Source of the DNA: a virus
DNA length: 64,000 nt
IMG/VR virus record: IMGVR_UViG_3300050821_018577
Span: 32,001-96,000 of that record
Direction: 5' to 3' (one strand)
Position numbers and translations under genes: made by a program. Below are positions 63,238 through 64,000 of the stretch, piece after piece; the first letter of the stretch is position 1; each line of letters starts with the position of its first letter. The notes under the pieces were generated by a model, which saw only the letters and a program-made list of their open reading frames with translations, searched no databases and was not told where the DNA came from.

Positions 63238-64000
63238 ATGATTACGCATCTCTGTGTGTGTGGCCTTGGCAAGTTAGGTTCGCCAATTTCCGCATCCTTT
63301 GCGAGGTCCATGTTCGTGGTCGGTTATGACCTGGACGCCGCGAAGGTAAATGCCATCAATCACGGCCATGCGCCAGTTGAAGAACCCGGCCTCGATGAAG
63401 CCGTTAGTTCCGCGGGATTGTTGTTGCGAGCGACCACTGACCCGGAAGAAGCTGTACGCAGCACTGACGCCTGCATTTTTGTCGCGCCGACGCCATCCTT
63501 GCCGGACGGAAGTTTCGATAATCAATACTTGCTCAACGGGATCGAGAAGATTGCTCCAGCAGTTGGTGGAAGGCCCTACATTTTCATCGTCGCATCGACC
63601 GTGACGCCAGGAAGTTGCCAGCATATTTTATTGCCGGCCATCCGCCGCCATTCCGACAAGATTGCCCTGGTCTACAAGCCGGAGTTGATTGCCCTCGGAA
63701 CGGTCATGCATGACCTGGCTAATCCGGACGTAGCATTGATAGGAGCCACAGACAAATGCGCCGCCGCCGAAGTATTCCGTCTCTATGCACGACTACGCGA
63801 TGTTGGCGCAACGGAATTCAAAATCATGTCCTTTGTCGAAGCGGAGCTCGCCAAGATTTCTCTGAACTGTGCCATTACCATGAAAATCAGCTTTGCTAAC
63901 CAGGTGAGCATGGTGGCGGAAAAGCTTGGTGCCGACCCTCACGCCATTTTGGAATTTATTGGCCGCGACAGCCGGATCGGTCCGAAAGTTCTGCGTCCGG
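63238..64000 (+). CDS. UDP-glucose/GDP-mannose dehydrogenase family protein (truncated by window end; absent from ORF track)
   Basis: MITHLCVCGLGKLGSP, PVEEPGL, FVAPTP, STVTPG, YKPE, AELAK..N..KISFAN. Confidence 0.92.
   Translation, partial: MITHLCVCGLGKLGSPISASFARSMFVVGYDLDAAKVNAINHGHAPVEEPGLDEAVSSAGLLLRATTDPEEAVRSTDACIFVAPTPSLPDGSFDNQYLLNGIEKIAPAVGGRPYIFIVASTVTPGSCQHILLPAIRRHSDKIALVYKPELIALGTVMHDLANPDVALIGATDKCAAAEVFRLYARLRDVGATEFKIMSFVEAELAKISLNCAITMKISFANQVSMVAEKLGADPHAILEFIGRDSRIGPKVLRP

Noticed and set aside
1-64000. Genome-wide TAG reassignment (genetic code 15)
   Set aside because: Long genes are intact in code 11, several genes end at TAG with non-protein-like readthrough, and only one clear internal TAG was found.
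1-64000. CRISPR array, integrase, IS elements
   Set aside because: No regularly spaced repeat-spacer units and no recombinase or transposase motifs were seen.

Overview
The window is a 64-kb segment of a large tailed dsDNA phage. It has no integrase, rRNA or host core genes. An Acidobacteria-like soil host is inferred from an ASH/Ig-domain secreted protein, a Thivi_2564-like membrane protein and the GC content. Left half (1-32 kb): mostly small accessory genes in short, often divergent sigma70 transcription units. It also carries two DNA methyltransferases, the terminase large subunit, two secreted glycan-active proteins and a translation-related cassette at 14.4-15.8 kb. Right half: small terminase candidate, a non-coding control region, a replication module (initiator, loader, DnaB), and the head module (intein- and 2H-phosphoesterase-containing portal, MuF, protease, scaffold, capsid). 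A glycosyl-/methyltransferase cluster runs off the right end. Most notable find: a Pth2-like (peptidyl-tRNA hydrolase fold) gene with an in-frame TAG at codon 3 (ATG-ACA-TAG). Its frame then runs without a stop through three CCA-ending tRNA-like elements, one of them a 76-nt amber (CUA) suppressor tRNA. A fourth aberrant tRNA and a ~390-nt structured ncRNA candidate follow. Also notable: a shared C-terminal [KRG]RRIx[VLI] peptide on six unrelated proteins, a shared C-terminal Zn ribbon on terminase and two glycan enzymes, a GG-terminated ubiquitin-like protein, and Tad1-like and Acb1-like anti-defence candidates. All family assignments come from motif recognition by eye; no database searches were run.
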